Part shown: piece after piece, positions 60,964 through 64,000 of the stretch
Layout: every line of letters begins with the position of its first letter
Numbering within the stretch: the stretch's first letter is position 1
NCBI GenBank assembly: GCA_021811405.1
Contig: JAJZOZ010000001.1
Span: 5,103 to 69,102, forward strand
Direction of reading: 5' to 3'
Length of the DNA stretch: 64,000 nucleotides
Source: a bacterium
GTDB lineage: Bacteria > Elusimicrobiota > Elusimicrobia > Elusimicrobiales > UBA9959
Program-made: the position numbers and the translations under genes
Notes under the pieces: generated by a model
What the model saw: the letters and a program-made list of their open reading frames with translations, nothing else
What the model was told of the DNA's origin: nothing
Database searches by the model: none

Positions 60964-61713
60964 ATGATCGAAATAAGGAATTTGAACAAGGCTTTCGGGG
61001 AGCACAAGGTGCTCAAGGACATCTCCGTCGATATAAAGGAGGGGGAGCTGTTCAGCGTCATCGGGCCCTCCGGCATCGGCAAGAGCACCTTCATAAAGTG
61101 CGTCATCCGCCTGCTGCGCCCCGACAGCGGCCGCATAATCGTGGACGGCCAGGACATAGGTTCCACGAACAGCGAGTTCACGCTGGCCAAGGTGCGCCGC
61201 AGCTTCGCCTACCTGTTCCAGGAGGGCGCGCTGTTCGACTCGCTCACCGTCTTCGAGAACGTCTCTTTCGGGCTCAAGTACCTGACCGACAAGCCGAAGA
61301 GCGAATACCGCCGCATCGTGAAGGAGAAGCTCGCGCTGGTGGGCCTCAAGGACGTGGAGGACCTGAAGCCGGCCGAGCTCTCCGTCGGCATGAAGAAGCG
61401 CGTCTCGCTGGCCCGCTCTATAGCGGCCGAGCCCAAGTACATCCTCTACGACGAGCCCACCACGGGCCTGGACCCGGTCACCACCGGCATGGTAAAGGAC
61501 CTGATCACGGACATGAGGGCCAAGCTGGGCATCACCTCCGTGGTGGTCACCCACGACATGAAGCTGGCACTCGAGATCTCCAGCCGCGTCGCCATGCTCT
61601 ACGGCGGCGAGTTCGCCGAGGTGGCCGAGCCCGCCGCGTTCTGCAAGTCCCCGCACAAGGGGGTCCAGGAATTCATGAGGATCTCCGGCCTTTCCTCCGA
61701 CTGCAGGCCCTGA
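60964..61713 (+). CDS. mlaF: Mla-type ABC transporter ATP-binding protein
   Basis: Walker A GPSGIGKST. Signature LSVGMKKRVSLAR. Walker B ILYDEPT. Confidence 0.9.
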   Translation: MIEIRNLNKAFGEHKVLKDISVDIKEGELFSVIGPSGIGKSTFIKCVIRLLRPDSGRIIVDGQDIGSTNSEFTLAKVRRSFAYLFQEGALFDSLTVFENVSFGLKYLTDKPKSEYRRIVKEKLALVGLKDVEDLKPAELSVGMKKRVSLARSIAAEPKYILYDEPTTGLDPVTTGMVKDLITDMRAKLGITSVVVTHDMKLALEISSRVAMLYGGEFAEVAEPAAFCKSPHKGVQEFMRISGLSSDCRP

Positions 61714-61735
61714 GCCGCAAGGCAGACGCCGCCGC

Positions 61736-61764
61736 GCGGCCCGGCCCCCCGGGCCGCTTTTTTT
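61736..61764 (+). terminator. Rho-independent terminator between mlaF and mlaD
   Basis: Stem GCGGCCCGG, loop cccc, stem CCGGGCCGC, followed by TTTTTTT. It is immediately followed by TATAAT (61766-61771). Confidence 0.8.
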
Positions 61765-61818
61765 ATATAATGGATATCGCTATAGATATCATTCGGCCGC
61801 GGCAGCGGAAGGGGTCCC

Positions 61819-63111
61819 ATGAACGGCGAGATGAAGGTCGGTTTTTTCGTGCTGGTCGGTTCCGTGCTTTTCGGGACCGCCGTCTTCCTGCTGGGCGATT
61901 ACTCCTTCCAGAAGTTCTACCCCCTTAACGTCGAGTTCTCGGACGTGGCGGGCCTGCCGGACAAGGCCACCGTAAAGCTGTCGGGCGTCTCCGTGGGCAA
62001 GATCAAGCGCATCTACATCCAGGACGACAAGGTCATAGTGCAGCTGGCCATAAAGGAAGGCGTCAAGATCTACCGCGACGCGCGTTTCCTCGTGGGGGCC
62101 ACCAGCATGATAGGCTCCAAGTTCCTGCAGGTGGACCAGGGCAGCCCGGCGGCCGGCAAGCTGAAGGCCGGCGAGACCGTAAAGGGCGACGACGCGCTGC
62201 CGCTGGACCGCGCCATCGGAAAGGCCGTCAGCAGCCTGCAGAAGATGGTGGAGGAGATCAACGGCGAGGGCCGCCTGGCGCGCGACCTTAACGAGATAAT
62301 GAAGAACCTGCGGGAGATCACGGCCAACGTCAACGAGCTGGTCTCCAACAGCCAGCCGCACGCGGAGATGGTGGTGCAGCGGCTCGACACCATCACCGCC
62401 AAGCTCGACGCGATGCTGGACAAGACCAACGCCATAGTGGACAAGGTCAACAACGGCGAGGGCGTCGCCGGGGCGCTGGTCAGCGACCAGAAGATGAAGG
62501 CGGACGTGGCCGAGGCCGTCAGCAACATAAAGGACGCCAGCGTCTCGGTGAAGTCCGCGCTGGGGCGCGTGAGCGGCTTCCGCACCTACCTGAAGTGGGA
62601 CTATAAGAACGAGCCCCTGGCCCGCTCCTCCAAGAACGATTTCGGCGTTAAGATCTACCCCCGCGAGGGACGCTATTACTATCTCGGCGCGGCCAACATG
62701 ATAAACACCAAGGACAAGGCCAAGGGCACCGACTACGAGGTGATGAACACCGTGGACGCGCAGCTCGGCTGGGAAGTAGGCGGGTTCGACCTCTACGCCG
62801 GAATCATCCGCGGCTCGGGCGGCGCCGGCGCGCGCTGGCGCCCCTTCATGAACTCCAAGTGGGACCGCATAGCCCTGCTGGCCGAGGGCACCGAGTTCAC
62901 CCGCAACCGGACCATCAAGGGCAGGGATTTCAACAAGCCGCGCTACGACGTGGGCGTGGACCTGAAGCTCAACAAGTACGTTTCGGCCGGGGTGCGTCTC
63001 AACGACCTGGCGGAGACCAAGCGCGTAAACTATACCACCCGCGTGCTGTTCGAGGACAAGGACATAGCCTACCTGTTCGGCTTCGCCTCGCTGGGGTCGC
63101 TGAAGAAATAG
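61819..63111 (+). CDS. mlaD: MCE-domain (MlaD-like) protein with long C-terminal extension (430 aa)
   Basis: N-terminal TM segment. MCE motif VKLSGVSVGKIKRI. Confidence 0.8.
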   Translation: MNGEMKVGFFVLVGSVLFGTAVFLLGDYSFQKFYPLNVEFSDVAGLPDKATVKLSGVSVGKIKRIYIQDDKVIVQLAIKEGVKIYRDARFLVGATSMIGSKFLQVDQGSPAAGKLKAGETVKGDDALPLDRAIGKAVSSLQKMVEEINGEGRLARDLNEIMKNLREITANVNELVSNSQPHAEMVVQRLDTITAKLDAMLDKTNAIVDKVNNGEGVAGALVSDQKMKADVAEAVSNIKDASVSVKSALGRVSGFRTYLKWDYKNEPLARSSKNDFGVKIYPREGRYYYLGAANMINTKDKAKGTDYEVMNTVDAQLGWEVGGFDLYAGIIRGSGGAGARWRPFMNSKWDRIALLAEGTEFTRNRTIKGRDFNKPRYDVGVDLKLNKYVSAGVRLNDLAETKRVNYTTRVLFEDKDIAYLFGFASLGSLKK

Positions 63112-63113
63112 CC

Positions 63114-64000
63114 ATGAAGCTCAAGACCGTCTACCGCTGCCAGCAGTGCGGGCAATCCTCCCCCAAGTGGGCGGGACAGTGCCCCGGCTGCGGCGGCTGG
63201 AACACGCTGGTCGAGGAGGCCGAGGAACTGGTCTCCAGGGCGGCCTCCAAGGCCCGCGGTCTTACCGATTTTTCCGAGCCGCCGGTGAAGCTGTCCGAGG
63301 CCCGGGCCCTGAAGGCCGAGCACGCTTCCACGGGCATCTCCGAGCTGGACCGCGCGCTGGGCGGGGGCCTGGTGAAGGGCCAGGTGGTGCTGCTGGCCGG
63401 CCCTCCCGGCATCGGCAAGAGCACGCTGACGCTGGAGAGCTGCGCCGCGCTGGCCTCCGGCGCGTACAAGGCCGGGAAGGTGCTGTACGTCTCCGGCGAG
63501 GAGTCGCTCGCGCAGGTGGGCTCGCGCGCCGAGCGCCTGGGCGCCAAGTGCGACAACGTCTACCTGATGAGCGAGACCAACCTCGCGCGCGTGATAGAGG
63601 AGTTCCGCAAGATCAAGCCGGCCTTCCTCGTGATAGACTCCATCCAGACCGTCTACCATCCCGATTTCGTGGGCAGCCCGGGCTCGGTGGGCCAGATACG
63701 CGAGTGCGCCTCCGAGCTGCTGAAGATCGCCAAGTCCGCCGGCGTCCCTCTCTTCCTGCTGGGACACGTGACCAAGGAGGGTTCGCTCGCGGGCCCGAAG
63801 GTGCTCGAGCACATAGTGGACACTGTCCTCTATTTCGACGCGGAGAAGAGCAACGTCTTCCGCGTGCTGCGGCCGCACAAGAACCGCTTCGGCGCGGTGG
63901 ACGACGCCGGCATCTTCGAGATGACCGGCAGGGGCCTGCGTCCGGTGGCCGACGCCGGCCTGATGCTGGGGGAGTCCGACAGGGACAGGGCGCTGGCCGG
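63114..64000 (+). CDS. radA: DNA repair protein RadA (5' part; runs off the window)
   Basis: My own translation from ATG 63114 gives MKLKTVYRCQQCGQSSPKWAGQCPGCGGWNTLVEE (zinc finger) and Walker A GPPGIGKSTL. The frame stays open to the window end. This ORF is not in the supplied track because no stop is reached. Confidence 0.9.
   Translation, partial: MKLKTVYRCQQCGQSSPKWAGQCPGCGGWNTLVEEAEELVSRAASKARGLTDFSEPPVKLSEARALKAEHASTGISELDRALGGGLVKGQVVLLAGPPGIGKSTLTLESCAALASGAYKAGKVLYVSGEESLAQVGSRAERLGAKCDNVYLMSETNLARVIEEFRKIKPAFLVIDSIQTVYHPDFVGSPGSVGQIRECASELLKIAKSAGVPLFLLGHVTKEGSLAGPKVLEHIVDTVLYFDAEKSNVFRVLRPHKNRFGAVDDAGIFEMTGRGLRPVADAGLMLGESDRDRALA

Overview
GC-rich bacterial chromosome segment, roughly mid-60s % GC by eye (not computed). 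The organism looks diderm: outer-membrane beta-barrels, lipoproteins and Mla lipid-transport genes are present. I found no rRNA, tRNA, CRISPR array, transposase or integrase. Many long antisense ORFs in the track are GC-composition artefacts.

Left flank (1-10 kb): a poly-gamma-glutamate-hydrolase-like lipoprotein, carbamate kinase and thrC. It also holds several secreted or outer-membrane hypotheticals, a GAF-PAS histidine kinase and a clostripain-type (C11) peptidase.

Core (about 10.1-40.3 kb): a very large redox supercluster, the main finding.
- Regulators: a short divergent sigma-54-like factor, a sensor kinase with a CXXCH haem motif in its periplasmic loop, and an NtrC-type sigma-54 activator.
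- Cytochromes: eight intact multihaem c-type cytochrome genes carrying 15+5+11+3+4+11+4+11 = 64 haem-binding motifs.
- Partners: four paralogous exported NHL beta-propeller proteins and two paralogous ~560-aa outer-membrane beta-barrels.
- Maturation: a dedicated System II cytochrome c maturation pair (ResB/CcsA), a B12-binding radical SAM enzyme, and an embedded hemA plus ccsA-like operon.
- Promoters: four -24/-12 promoters share the form TGGCAG-N4-GCTGC.
- Organisation: a cassette (tetrahaem cytochrome, NHL propeller, 11-haem cytochrome, beta-barrel) occurs twice. A 109-bp direct repeat (orphan cytochrome 3' fragment) and a 56-nt perfectly identical tract point to recent duplication or gene conversion.
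- Interpretation: a candidate extracellular or outer-membrane electron-transfer system whose NHL-propeller component is not part of the classical porin-cytochrome models.

Right flank (40.4-64 kb): guaA, guaB, a crotonase and secreted hypotheticals. It continues with an AmgK-like kinase fused to a RapZ C-terminal domain plus MurU, then rpsF-ssb-rpsR-rplI-dnaB-alr, mlaE/F/D and the 5' part of radA.
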